Shown here piece after piece: positions 19,206 through 29,422 of a DNA stretch of 64,000 nucleotides; within the stretch, counting starts at the first letter, position 1; every line of letters starts with the position of its first letter. A model generated the notes under the pieces. That model made no database searches. It was not told the origin of the DNA and saw only the letters and a list, made by a program, of their open reading frames with translations. The translations under genes and the position numbers were made by a program. This stretch comes from Gemmatimonadota bacterium. GTDB taxonomy: Bacteria > Gemmatimonadota > Gemmatimonadetes > Palauibacterales > Palauibacteraceae. The DNA is taken from contig OY762926.1 in NCBI GenBank assembly GCA_963666735.1, positions 2,816,001 through 2,880,000 on the forward strand. Direction: 5' to 3'.

Positions 19206-19604
19206 TCAAGCAGGGAGGCGCTGGGAGACGGAGATGGGGTAGCCGTCCGGGTCGCGCACCGTAAACTCGATCGAGCGGGCGTTCGGGTTCTCGTGCGGTT
19301 CGTCCAGACAGTCGGCTCCCATGGCGCGGGCGCGCTCGAACACTGCCTGCGCATCCTCGGTGTAGAAGTAGAGAAGTACGCCGCGGCCGGGCGTCCCCTC
19401 ATGTGGATCCGTCATCCCGGGATGCGCCTTGAACTCGCGGTGGTGCAGCATCAGTTCGACGCTTCCGTCCGGGGCGAGGAGGCGCTCGAAGTGATGGCCG
19501 CCACGCCCACTCACGAACCCGAAGAGTTCGACGTACCAGGCTGAACTCGCCGCTACGTCCCGAACGACGAGCATCGGCGTGAGGCCTTGACCGGTCGCGG
19601 CCAA
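19206..19604 (-). CDS. VOC/glyoxalase family protein
   Basis: LVVRDVAASSAWYVELFGF ... FTVRDPDG. Confidence 0.85.
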   Translation of the reverse strand: MAATGQGLTPMLVVRDVAASSAWYVELFGFVSGRGGHHFERLLAPDGSVELMLHHREFKAHPGMTDPHEGTPGRGVLLYFYTEDAQAVFERARAMGADCLDEPHENPNARSIEFTVRDPDGYPISVSQRLPA

Positions 19605-19647
19605 CGGTCTGGATCTCCGGGCGCCGGCGGCCGGTTTCGGGCTGTCG

Positions 19648-21039
19648 CTAGTGATTCGAGTTGTTCGTTGCCGCCTCAGCGGCCTGCCTCGCCTCCTCGC
19701 GCGTGGCGACGAGCGCCTCGAACTCCGCGGGATCGAGGTAGGTCACGTCGACCCACAGATGGGCCATCTCGTCCACGGTCCGGTCCCCGTAGTCGACCCA
19801 CTGCTCGTGGTCCGGGTTGTTCGGGTTCTCGGGCGTGTTGTCGTGCCAGGCGGTGATGACGAGGGTGGTGCCCGCGGGTAGGAGCGGGGCGGCGTCTTCC
19901 TCGTAGATGTAGTTGATGTGCCAGTTCCACTGGAAGTTGTCGACCTGGTTGATCAACTCCTTGCGGCCATCCGGGTAGATCGCCTCGAGCGACATCGCCT
20001 TGCCGCGCATGTGCATGTGCGGCTGGAAGTTCTCCAGGCGGGCGGGCCAGCGCAGCGTGTGGAAGTCCTGCGTCACGGCGATCTCGCCAGGCGGGATGTC
20101 CAGGCCTGTTCGGCCGCTGGCGCCGAAGAATGCGAGCCGGGTGCGGTTCCGCGGCTCCTCCCCCTTCGGATAGAACCAGACGCCGAGTTCGACGTAACTG
20201 TCCTCGACGAGCTTGCCCATGGCGTGGAGGTGGACCTCCCAGCGGATCCGCGAGCCGGGGAGCATCACCTTGCCCGCGCCCTCGGGGAAGATCTCGCCCT
20301 CCTTGCCCACGGCCCACTCCATGAACAGGCCCGGGTCGCCCATCGCGCCCCCTCGCGTGCTCGCCTCGACGATGCCGGCGCTCATGGGGCTCTCCTCCTC
20401 GTCCTGCTGGAGGAAGGCGAGGACATGGTGCGTGATCGTACGCGCGTCGTTGCCGGCCGGCTTGATCTCGATCGCCTTCACCCAGCGCGGCTCCGCGATG
20501 CCGGTCGGCGTTACAGGCCGCCACCACTTGTCCATCGTCTCGGCTTCGAGCGTGTAGGGCTCGGACGCGACGACGAGGTCGGGCTCGCCGAACTCATCGA
20601 GGAGGCGCCATTCGTTCGGATCGGGGAACTCGGCGGGCGGCGGCAGGTCCGCCGGATCGCCTTCCACCCGGCCGCCATCGATCCACGCGAGGATCGTCCC
20701 GATCTCTTCGCTCGACAGGCTGCGGTCGTTCCTGAACGCCTGGATCCCGACAGTCGGGTCGAGGTGCCAGGGCGGCATGATGCGGTTCGAGACCTTCTCG
20801 CGGATCCCGGAGGCCCAGCGATAGGCGTCCCGGTAGGTGAGGAGCGACATGGGGGCGATCGAGCCCTCCTGGTGACACTCCTGGCAGTTCGCCTGGAGGA
20901 TCGGCGCCACGTCCCGGTTGAAGGTCACCCCCCCGGGACCGTTCTCCTGCGCCTGCGCCGGTCCCGCAGCGCCCAGAACGCCGAGTGCCGTGCCGAACGC
21001 GATGGCGGCGAGCTTATGGGAGATCGGTGTCTGTCTCAT
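19648..21039 (-). CDS. Secreted cytochrome c / copper type II (PHM-like) monooxygenase fusion
   Basis: Signal peptide; CQECH..MPPW heme domain; THH, VHLH, PHMH and DEM copper-ligand pattern. Confidence 0.8.
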   Translation of the reverse strand: MRQTPISHKLAAIAFGTALGVLGAAGPAQAQENGPGGVTFNRDVAPILQANCQECHQEGSIAPMSLLTYRDAYRWASGIREKVSNRIMPPWHLDPTVGIQAFRNDRSLSSEEIGTILAWIDGGRVEGDPADLPPPAEFPDPNEWRLLDEFGEPDLVVASEPYTLEAETMDKWWRPVTPTGIAEPRWVKAIEIKPAGNDARTITHHVLAFLQQDEEESPMSAGIVEASTRGGAMGDPGLFMEWAVGKEGEIFPEGAGKVMLPGSRIRWEVHLHAMGKLVEDSYVELGVWFYPKGEEPRNRTRLAFFGASGRTGLDIPPGEIAVTQDFHTLRWPARLENFQPHMHMRGKAMSLEAIYPDGRKELINQVDNFQWNWHINYIYEEDAAPLLPAGTTLVITAWHDNTPENPNNPDHEQWVDYGDRTVDEMAHLWVDVTYLDPAEFEALVATREEARQAAEAATNNSNH

Positions 21040-21076
21040 GGTCGTGCTCCTCCAGCCTGACTCGGAAGGCGTCGCG

Positions 21077-21919
21077 TCACGGGTCTACGATGACCCGCAC
21101 GAATCCGTTCGTCCAGCAGCATTGCGCGTGCCCCGCGGCGGCGACGCCCGATCCGTCGTTCGCCCGCACGCGCAGGATGTATTCGCCTGGCTCGCTGAAG
21201 GTGACCGGCGTGATGGCTTCGGCTCCGCTGGCCGGGACGCGGGCGGTCGGCTCGGCGAACTTGGCATCGCCCGGACCCTGGTGCTTGAACCACGTGAGGT
21301 TGACCGGCGAGCCGTCGCGACTCCCCGCGACGAAGTGACTGCGTCCCACACCGTCGTCCCGGACGTGGACGCTCACATTGAGCGGTTCCCCTACCCGGGC
21401 CGCGAGGGGGCCTCCCCAGGCGCCGGCCGGCCCCGCGCCTTCGTCGCCGGCTCCGAAGCGGAGGACGGGAGGCGTGTTCCCGTCCCCGGCTTCGCCCTTG
21501 AGCGCGTCGATCTGCCAGTCACGGTGCAGGTGGCCGGGGATGCGGAACGTCTGTCCGCGCATCTTCAGCGTCCAGTAGACGTTCCCCTCGCCGAAATCCG
21601 CCGGAACCCGGACGACGAACACGCCGTAGTGGCGCCGCGGCGCAAAGGACGTGGGCTGGACGCCCTGGAACTCCGCCGGCTCGACCAAGTTCTCGGGCCC
21701 CAGGGGGACCTCGATCGTCTCGTCGAAGTTCCGGTTGAAATAGCCGAACGAGAGGGACAGGGTGCCGTCCCCGTTCGGATACCAGCCCTCGTAGGCGGGA
21801 GTCACCGTCTGCCCCCGTCCGCTCCGGCTGCCCAACGGGACCTGGCCCGCGAGCGGTGAGGCTTCGGCGCACAGCGCCGCGATGACCGCGGCGGACGCCA
21901 GGATCCGGGCAGGTCTCAT
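21077..21919 (-). CDS. Secreted conserved hypothetical protein with C-terminal Ig/PKD-like part
   Basis: Signal peptide; TPAYEGWY..SFGYFNRN; TFSEPGEYILRVRANDG; vicinal CC. Confidence 0.7.
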   Translation of the reverse strand: MRPARILASAAVIAALCAEASPLAGQVPLGSRSGRGQTVTPAYEGWYPNGDGTLSLSFGYFNRNFDETIEVPLGPENLVEPAEFQGVQPTSFAPRRHYGVFVVRVPADFGEGNVYWTLKMRGQTFRIPGHLHRDWQIDALKGEAGDGNTPPVLRFGAGDEGAGPAGAWGGPLAARVGEPLNVSVHVRDDGVGRSHFVAGSRDGSPVNLTWFKHQGPGDAKFAEPTARVPASGAEAITPVTFSEPGEYILRVRANDGSGVAAAGHAQCCWTNGFVRVIVDP

Positions 21920-22830
21920 CGCCCCGCTTCCGCCATGCTCGCCTCGATCGAGGCCCGGATCGCCTTCACCGTCTCATCCACCCGGAAGCGGAGCAGCTTC
22001 TTTCCGGTGGCGATCGCCTCCTCCTTCGGGGCGATGGAAACGCCGTTGATGCTGGCCCGGCCCGCGGCCACGCGCTCGTCGTAGCGCACCATGGCCGGGT
22101 CCTCGACCATCATGATCGCAGTGATGACGAAGTCGTCGTGGATCCCCTCCGGGTCCGTCTCGAAGATGCCGAGTTCGTCGTTCATCCACTGGTGGACGTC
22201 GCGGTAGCGGTAGAACTCGGGGATGAAGTGCGCCTGCCCGTCGTACCAGCGCTCGTTCAGGCGGGCCGCGACCGCCTCCATGCCGGACTGGTTCCCGCCG
22301 CTGTCGCCGAACAGGATGATGTGCTCGAAGCCGTGCGCCCTGAGGCTCGACGCCACGTCATCGAGCACCGCCTCGAACGTCTCCTGCCGCAGGCTGATCG
22401 TGCCCGGATACCGCATGTGGCCCGACGGCTCATCGATGTCCCCCTCGGGGACGAGCTTGATGATCGGCGCGCAGAGCGCGTTTCCGAGTTCGCGCGCCAC
22501 GCCCTCGCAGGCGCCCTGGAGCACGTAATTGTGCTTGCCGGTCGCCAGGTACGGCCCGTTCTGCTCGATGCCGCCCGTCGTGATGATCGCGGTGGTCTTC
22601 CCGGCCGCCATCGCGTCCCGGACCTCCATCCACGTCATCTCCTCGATCCAGATGGTGTCGAACGCCTCGATGGGCCGCTCCGACGCAAGTTCCTCCTGGG
22701 TGCGGCGCTCGCGCTCCGCCGCCATCCGGGCGCGCTCTTCCGCCGTCATGTTCCGCTGCTGGCCCGCGAGCGCCGAGGCCGAAACCGCGAACAGCGCGAG
22801 CAGGGGAAGGATCGATCGGGACTTTCTCAT
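21916..22830 (-). CDS. Creatininase-family amidohydrolase with signal peptide
   Basis: EEMTWMEV, GGIEQNGPYL, HMRYPGTISL, DSGGN, GIHD motifs. Confidence 0.85.
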   Translation of the reverse strand: MRKSRSILPLLALFAVSASALAGQQRNMTAEERARMAAERERRTQEELASERPIEAFDTIWIEEMTWMEVRDAMAAGKTTAIITTGGIEQNGPYLATGKHNYVLQGACEGVARELGNALCAPIIKLVPEGDIDEPSGHMRYPGTISLRQETFEAVLDDVASSLRAHGFEHIILFGDSGGNQSGMEAVAARLNERWYDGQAHFIPEFYRYRDVHQWMNDELGIFETDPEGIHDDFVITAIMMVEDPAMVRYDERVAAGRASINGVSIAPKEEAIATGKKLLRFRVDETVKAIRASIEASMAEAGR

Positions 22831-22978
22831 GGGACACCTCGTTTCAGCAAGCAGGGACCGGCACCAACTCCCCAACGCTAGCATATCCCTTCCCACCCGG
22901 ACCAGTCCGGCCGCCGGCCTGCCAGAGGAGCTGCATGACCCCACGAGTGTGGCCGACTGCCCTCCGATGAGGAGATTC

Positions 22979-23345
22979 TCAAGGCAAGCGGTCGGCGAAC
23001 GACTCGAAGTCCATTCGGAAGCGGTTCCTCTCTAGAACCGCTCTCAATGCATCGGCCTCCGGGATGGTGATGATCTTGGTGCGGACAGCCCGGATCAGTA
23101 TTCCCGCCGTCGTCAGGACACGTCCTTCGCCGATGCGTTCGACGGCAATCCGACGCACCCGGCGAAGTTCGTCACAAGCGAAGAGCCAGTTGCGGCACTC
23201 TGCCGCCGCAAGGCAAGCTGCCTCTCCGCGTCCCATGACCTGCTCATGTCTTCTGGCCAGCAGTAGTTCCGCGGGGTGCGGTCGTGGTGGCATCGAGCGC
23301 TACATGGTGCATGCGCCGTGACGTGTCCGCGTTTCGGTGGCGCGA
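22979..23345 (-). pseudogene. PIN-domain (DUF3368-like) protein, N-terminally truncated
   Basis: MGRGEAACLA..FACDE..TTAGIL C-terminal PIN half; the N-terminal Asp motif is missing. Confidence 0.55.
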
Positions 23346-23348
23346 ACG

Positions 23349-24617
23349 CTACAGGGGTTCATGGTCGCCCACCATGACTGGGGCCGGCTCCGGCGGACTC
23401 AGGCCGGCATCTTCAAGCATGACGTCGGGATCCGACGTTGCGCCGATCAGACGCACAAGTTCCCGCCACTTCCCCCTTGAAATCTCCTCCCGGCGATATG
23501 CCTCGATCGCCAGGGCGAGGAAACGAGATCGAGACTGTTTCCGCGCTTCCGCGTGATCAGGTTCCGGCAGATTGAGAAGGTCCCTGAATTGCTTCGTGCG
23601 CCCAGCGGCGTCCGCCTCGGCGAGTCTGGCACGCTCCCGCTCGTTGATGAGACGCAACCCCTTCAAGCGGTACAACATCGCGGCACAGCTGACGCGAAAT
23701 CGATGAGCCAGGCGTACGACATCGTACAACTGCAATTGCTGGCTTCCCGGCGGGGTGCGCCCCTCGACGCTCAGCGCGGCGTCCTCATCGAAGATATCCA
23801 TGCGGTTACGGCTCGAATGTCCCTTCGCCAACCCGTGAATCATGGAGCGGATTCCCTCCTCGGGCATCAGGAAGGAGGCGGCGAACGCATTGGCGCGGAC
23901 TTCTTCGAAGTTGTCCCTTTCACTGGACCGGCTGATCGTTCCTCTGCCATCGCGATCGAACAACACATGGGCGTACTCGTGGGCGAAGGAGAAACGACGT
24001 CGCAGGACGTGGTGATCGATGTTGACTGCGGTCAGTACGCAGTTGCCGGGGTCGATCAGCGTGAGGCCGGAAACATCATCCGGGAGCGTCTCTTGCGCGG
24101 CGACGATCCCTTGATCCTCCAGAAGCTCCGCCAAATCAGGCGGCGGACCGATACCGAGATCCAGGCGGCGGCGTTCGTCGCCCGCGGCCCTCGAGCCTTG
24201 ACGAACCGCTTCCCATTTCGTGTCCGGCGTGGGAAGCGTGTACGTGGGCGTACCGAGCGATTCCCGCCGAATTCCGAGAAACCTCTCCAAGTTCACGACT
24301 TCCCGTCCGAGCACGACACACCTGCGTAGCGTCTCCAGCGTTTCCTCGTCGACCCTGGATTCGTCGTGTCGCCGGAACAGGGCGGTGATCGGCTCTCGAT
24401 CGACAAATTCATCGGCCAAGAGTTCCTGAAGATCGCGCGCGTAAAGGTATGCGAGGCGGTGCAACTCAAGACCGGAAACGCTGCGGCTTCCCGACTCGAT
24501 CTCCGAGACCGCCGACCGCTGGATGCCGAGGTGCTGAGCGACCGCCGCCTGGGTCATGTTGCAGCTTTCGCGCACCTCGCGGAGGCGGCGGGCGAGTTCC
24601 TGTTGATCGATTGCCAT
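23349..24617 (-). CDS. XRE-HTH + ImmA/IrrE metallopeptidase
   Basis: MTQAAVAQHLGIQRSAVSEIESG HTH; RRFSFAHEYAH; EVRANAFAASFLMP. Confidence 0.9.
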   Translation of the reverse strand: MAIDQQELARRLREVRESCNMTQAAVAQHLGIQRSAVSEIESGSRSVSGLELHRLAYLYARDLQELLADEFVDREPITALFRRHDESRVDEETLETLRRCVVLGREVVNLERFLGIRRESLGTPTYTLPTPDTKWEAVRQGSRAAGDERRRLDLGIGPPPDLAELLEDQGIVAAQETLPDDVSGLTLIDPGNCVLTAVNIDHHVLRRRFSFAHEYAHVLFDRDGRGTISRSSERDNFEEVRANAFAASFLMPEEGIRSMIHGLAKGHSSRNRMDIFDEDAALSVEGRTPPGSQQLQLYDVVRLAHRFRVSCAAMLYRLKGLRLINERERARLAEADAAGRTKQFRDLLNLPEPDHAEARKQSRSRFLALAIEAYRREEISRGKWRELVRLIGATSDPDVMLEDAGLSPPEPAPVMVGDHEPL

Positions 24618-24916
24618 GATCTCGGCCTCTGGATTGATTCGTAGCTGTCGCGCGACTCCTTCGCACCACGAAGTGTGCGAAAGATGAAAAATCCCACATT
24701 GTCCGTCAAGTTTTGCCAAGGAATCGTCGCCCATTACGACAATATGGTGGCGATCCGCGTCGGGCGAGCGCTCCGACCCCGGCGGGGCCAATCCGCCAGT
24801 CCGTCGAAGTTCACGGTTTGGGCAACGGAATCCTGACGGCTGCTCTTCCTGCGGGTCTGGCGGGCGCTACCCTCGATGGGAGAAGATGCGGACCAGGTTC
24901 TCTCCTTCACGGAGGC

Positions 24917-25927
24917 ATGGAGATGGTTCGGCGGACCTCTGATCGGATTTTCTGGCTGGCTCTTCCATTCCTCGCCGCGTGCGGGGTGCCCGGCGATACT
25001 TCCTCTGACGCGGCGTCGAGTGCGGCGGTGGACGCCGCGGCGGCGGGGCCGGCGACGTCGGACCCCTACGCGCACGGGTTCACGGACGCGGACTATCCGC
25101 GCGTGATCGAAGTGGCGGAGGACGTGTACGCGTACGAGCAGATCCATCCGACGGGGGGCGAGATCATCACCACGGTGAGCCTCATCGTCATCACGTCGGC
25201 AGGGGTGCTCGTCGCGGACGGCCAGGAGAATCCCGAGGAGACCCAGCGGCTCGTCGACACGATCGCGGGCATGACGGAGCAGCCGATCACGCACGTCGTC
25301 GTCGCCTCGGACCACGGGGACCACACGGGCGGGAACTCCGCCTTCCCCCCGGAGGCTCGGTTCCTCGCGCACCCCACTTCCGCGGCGATCCTGGAGGCGA
25401 ACGCGGCCAACCCGAACCGACCGGCGGAGGCGCCCCCGGTCATCGTTCCGACCGAGGTCGTGGGCGAGGATACGGTGCTCGAACTCGGCGGGCGCGACAT
25501 CCGGCTCCTTCATCTCGGCCGCGCGCACACGGGCGGCGACCTTGTCGTGTACGTGCCCGAGGGGAAGGTGCTGTTCATGAGCGAGACGTACCTGAAGCAC
25601 ATCTTTCCCGCCATGCGCTCCGCATATCCCTCGGAGTGGGTGGCGATGCTGGACCGCGCGCTCGAGATGGACGTGGATGTCTACGTCCCCGGGCACGGAG
25701 TGATGGAGTCGCCGGAGATTCTCGAGGCGGGGCTCGTGTCGTTCCGCGATGCGGTGCAACAGGTCGTGGAGGAGGCGACGCGATTCCACGGCGAAGGGAT
25801 GAGTGCCGGCGGAGCGGCCGAGGCGGCGGGGTTCGGCGCCATCGAGGCCTGGTCGCTGCGAGACAGCCAGAAGCCGCGCGCGATTCAGCGCGTCTACATG
25901 GAGCTGAACGGAGAGTTGCCCGGATGA
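24917..25927 (+). CDS. MBL-fold hydrolase lipoprotein
   Basis: LAAC lipobox; SDHGDHTGGN, AHTGGD, VPGHG. Confidence 0.85.
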   Translation: MEMVRRTSDRIFWLALPFLAACGVPGDTSSDAASSAAVDAAAAGPATSDPYAHGFTDADYPRVIEVAEDVYAYEQIHPTGGEIITTVSLIVITSAGVLVADGQENPEETQRLVDTIAGMTEQPITHVVVASDHGDHTGGNSAFPPEARFLAHPTSAAILEANAANPNRPAEAPPVIVPTEVVGEDTVLELGGRDIRLLHLGRAHTGGDLVVYVPEGKVLFMSETYLKHIFPAMRSAYPSEWVAMLDRALEMDVDVYVPGHGVMESPEILEAGLVSFRDAVQQVVEEATRFHGEGMSAGGAAEAAGFGAIEAWSLRDSQKPRAIQRVYMELNGELPG

Positions 25928-28053
25928 GCGAGATCGGCGCGCCGACCAGGTGGAGGCTCAGGCTCGCCGCGGTCGTGGCGGGTTTCGCGCTCGTGGCGAG
26001 TCCCGCGGCCGGCGTCGGGGCGCTTCAGGCGCAGTCGCACGTGACGGTGGACATCGGGGCCCGGGATCCCGCGTTCTCGCCGGACGGATCCACGATCGCG
26101 GTCTCCATCCTGGGGAAGATCTGGACGCTTCCCGCCGAGGGCGGCACGGCGCGCCAGCTCACGGACGGGGCCACGTGGGACACGCGCCCCGCCTGGTCGC
26201 CGGACGGTCGCTTCCTCGCCTACGCCGCGAGATCCCGCGCCGGGGCGGACATTCTCGTCCGCAACATGGCCACGGGTGGCGTCCGCTTCCTGCATGGCGT
26301 CCCGGGGTCGGTCGGGCACATGCAGTTCCATCCGGACGGAAGCCAGCTCTTCTTCGTGGACGACCGCTCGCAGTACGAGGCGCACGTGTGGCGGATCCCG
26401 CTGGCGGGCGGCGAGGCGGAGCAGATCACTCACACGCGGAACTGGCACGAGTGGTCGTTCGCCCTCTCGCCGGACGGCAGCCGCATCCTCCTCGAGACGG
26501 GGCGCTTCGACGGCACGGATCTGTACGAACTCGACTTGGAGGAGATGTCGCTCGAGCGGGTCACGGACACGTCCGAGCGGGAAATGGCGGTGGCGTGGAG
26601 CCCGGACGGGACGCGCCGGGCGCATGTGGCGACACACAATGGTAACGACGTGCTCTGGGTGTCGGTGCCCGGGCAGCTGCAGCGCTTCTTGAGCGCCTTC
26701 GACCAGAAGCAACTCGCGTTCCATCCCTCCGGCGAGTGGCTGCTCGTCCTCGGGGGCCGGCGGATGCAGCGGCTGGATCTGGAGAGCGGAGAGTTCACTC
26801 CGATTCCCTTCGAGGCCCGGTTCGAGGTCGCCGGGGATCCCGCCGACGATCTGCTGATCACGAACGTCCGCCTGTTCGACGGCACGGGCGACGAAGCGGT
26901 CCCCGCGGCGGCGGTCCTCGTCCGGGACGGGAGGATCACGGACGTGCGGATGGGGGAGGACGCCGGGATTCCCGAGGTCGGTCCGGGGACGCCGGTCATC
27001 GCTGGCGGCGGCCGCATGCTGCTCCCGGGGTTGATGGACAACCACTACCACTACTGGCAGCCCCTCGCCGGCGCCGATCTGCTCGCGGCCGGGGTCACGG
27101 CGATCCGCGATCCGGGCTCGGCGATCCAGGACGCGATGGACTTCAAGGATGCGGTGCGTCTGGGCGTGCTCGCGGGCCCCGACGTGTACACGGCCGGTCC
27201 GCTGATCGACGGCCCCGCCGGCTACCACCCCATGGTCGACGTGAGCATAGACAACCCCGCGGCCGCCCCGGCGCTGGTCCGCGCGCTCAAGGACCAGGGC
27301 GTCGATCTGCTCAAGGCGTACTTCCTCCTCGACCCGGAGGTGCTTGCGGCCGTCGTGGCCGAGGCGCGCCTTCAGGGCCTGCCGGTCACGGGGCACATCG
27401 GCGTCCGCACGAGTTGGCGCCAGGCGATCGAGGCCGGGATCAGCGGCTTCAACCACATCCGGGTGTGGCGCGACTTCCTGCCGCCCGAGATCCAGGCCGA
27501 CGGTCGCGACATGTCGCTCGACGGCGGGCGAAACCCCGTCGGGCGCATGCAGGCGGACTGGCGGGAGATCGATCCGGCGAGCCCGGAGGTGATGTCTCTC
27601 CTCGAACTCATGGCCGAGACGGAGACGGGACTCGACCCCACCCTCTTCATTCAGGAGATCGACGACGGTGACCGCACGCGCTTCTCGCTCGAGGAGTTCC
27701 ACAACGGACAGCAGGCCTACGAGCGCATGGGCGAATTCGTCCGGCGCGCGGTGGAGGTCGGAGTTCCGCTGCTCGCGGGCACGGACAACGTCGGGCTGTT
27801 CAACGAACTCGAGGCGTACGCGAAGGCCGGTGTGCCGAACGCCGCCATCCTGCGGGCCGCGACCGCGAACGGCGCGCGCTGGCTCGGGAAGGAGGACGAC
27901 TTCGGGACGGTGCAGCCGGGGCGCCGGGCGCACCTGATCCTCGTGGACGGCGACCCGCTGGAGGACATTGCCGACCTGCGCAACATCGATCTCGTGGTGA
28001 AGGACGGCGTGATCGTCTTCGGCGGTCCCCCGGCGGAGCCGCTGGTCCCGTGA
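25924..28053 (+). CDS. Amidohydrolase with N-terminal PD40/TolB-like repeats
   Basis: Repeated P(A/F)xSPDG; PGLMDNHYH; AGTD; AHLILVDGDPLEDI. Confidence 0.9.
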   Translation: MSEIGAPTRWRLRLAAVVAGFALVASPAAGVGALQAQSHVTVDIGARDPAFSPDGSTIAVSILGKIWTLPAEGGTARQLTDGATWDTRPAWSPDGRFLAYAARSRAGADILVRNMATGGVRFLHGVPGSVGHMQFHPDGSQLFFVDDRSQYEAHVWRIPLAGGEAEQITHTRNWHEWSFALSPDGSRILLETGRFDGTDLYELDLEEMSLERVTDTSEREMAVAWSPDGTRRAHVATHNGNDVLWVSVPGQLQRFLSAFDQKQLAFHPSGEWLLVLGGRRMQRLDLESGEFTPIPFEARFEVAGDPADDLLITNVRLFDGTGDEAVPAAAVLVRDGRITDVRMGEDAGIPEVGPGTPVIAGGGRMLLPGLMDNHYHYWQPLAGADLLAAGVTAIRDPGSAIQDAMDFKDAVRLGVLAGPDVYTAGPLIDGPAGYHPMVDVSIDNPAAAPALVRALKDQGVDLLKAYFLLDPEVLAAVVAEARLQGLPVTGHIGVRTSWRQAIEAGISGFNHIRVWRDFLPPEIQADGRDMSLDGGRNPVGRMQADWREIDPASPEVMSLLELMAETETGLDPTLFIQEIDDGDRTRFSLEEFHNGQQAYERMGEFVRRAVEVGVPLLAGTDNVGLFNELEAYAKAGVPNAAILRAATANGARWLGKEDDFGTVQPGRRAHLILVDGDPLEDIADLRNIDLVVKDGVIVFGGPPAEPLVP

Positions 28054-28829
28054 TGGACCCGGTTCTGGCGGGGGTTCTCAAGGCCGCCGCCGTCGAGGCA
28101 GTCGCCACCGCGGCGCTGCAGGTGGAGCCTGCGGGCGGACTCCTCCCGGCGCTCTCCGACAACCCGTTCCTCGCGCTCGGCGCGCTCTTCGGGGCGGGCG
28201 TGCTCACGAGTACGAACCCGTGCATCTGGCCGATGATCCCGATCACGTTCTCCGTCATCTCGGGCACAGCGGGCGAGGACCAGCCGCGAAGGCGCACCAT
28301 CGGACTCACGCTCACGTATGCTCTCGGGCTCGCGCTCCTCTATTCAGTGCTGGGTGTCATCGCCGGCCTCAGCGGCACCGTGCTCGGCTCCATTGGCGCA
28401 AGCTTCTGGGCGCTGTTCGCGACCGGCAATCTCCTTCTCTTCTTCTCGCTGTTCATGCTCGATGTGTTCCCCGTCCCGGTGCCGAAGCGGCTCCTGGCGT
28501 GGGCGAGCAGCCGCGGCGGAGGGTCCTACCGGGCCGTGTTCCTGCTCGGCGCGACCTCCGGCATCGTGGCCGCGCCGTGCGGCGCTCCCGCCTTCGCCGT
28601 GGTCCTGACCTGGGTCGTCGCCGAACAGGCCGGGCTCATGGGGTTCGTCTACCTGTTCACCTTCTCCATCGGCATGACCGCCGTGCTCATCGCGGTGGGT
28701 CTCTTCTCGGGAACGGTCGCGGTGTTGCCGAAGTCGGGAACGTGGATGATCTGGATGAAACGGGCCGCCGCCGTCATCATGATCGGGATGGCGCAGTTCT
28801 ACCTCATCCGGGCGGGATATTTTCTGTGA
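28053..28829 (+). CDS. CcdA/DsbD-beta transmembrane electron transporter
   Basis: TSTNPCIWPMIP and AAPCGAP cysteine motifs; PKSGTWM. Confidence 0.9.
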   Translation: MDPVLAGVLKAAAVEAVATAALQVEPAGGLLPALSDNPFLALGALFGAGVLTSTNPCIWPMIPITFSVISGTAGEDQPRRRTIGLTLTYALGLALLYSVLGVIAGLSGTVLGSIGASFWALFATGNLLLFFSLFMLDVFPVPVPKRLLAWASSRGGGSYRAVFLLGATSGIVAAPCGAPAFAVVLTWVVAEQAGLMGFVYLFTFSIGMTAVLIAVGLFSGTVAVLPKSGTWMIWMKRAAAVIMIGMAQFYLIRAGYFL

Positions 28830-29422
28830 TCTTTGAATCTGCAAACCTTGAATTCAGACGGATCGCTCTGTCGGCGATCGTTGCGTTGGTCACGCTTGCC
28901 GGTCCCCTGAGCGGTCAGGCGGGCGCGGGGCAGGTGAGCCTCGCCACCGGCACGGCGGGACCCGACGCCGCGCTCGAGGATCTGGACGGAAACGCCGTCC
29001 AACTCCTCGACTACGCCGCCGGCAAGCCCACGCTCATCGAGTTCTGGGCCGCGTGGTGCGAGCAGTGCGAGGGCCTCCAACCCGAGATCGACGAAGTGGT
29101 GGCCGACTACGGGGAGCAGGTGAACGTCGTCGCCGTCGCCGTGGCCGTGGCCCAGTCGCTGCGGCGGGTCCGGCGCCACGCGGAATCCCACGGGGCCGAA
29201 TACCCCTACCTGTGGGATGCCGAGGGCGAGGCGGTGCGTGCCTACTCCGCGACCACGACCTCGATCGTCGTGATCCTCGACGCGGAAGGGAAGGTCGCCT
29301 ACACCGGCGTCGGCCCCGACCAGGACCTCGTCGGAGCCGTCACCGGAATCCTCGCAGCTCAGCAAGCGGGAGAGGATTTAGCTCCTACGGGTCGGCGGGC
29401 TCCGGCGTCACCTCGTCGATGA
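28826..29422 (+). CDS. TlpA-like thioredoxin (exported)
   Basis: EFWAAWCEQC; signal/anchor; start overlaps the ccdA stop. Confidence 0.9.
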   Translation: MIFESANLEFRRIALSAIVALVTLAGPLSGQAGAGQVSLATGTAGPDAALEDLDGNAVQLLDYAAGKPTLIEFWAAWCEQCEGLQPEIDEVVADYGEQVNVVAVAVAVAQSLRRVRRHAESHGAEYPYLWDAEGEAVRAYSATTTSIVVILDAEGKVAYTGVGPDQDLVGAVTGILAAQQAGEDLAPTGRRAPASPRR

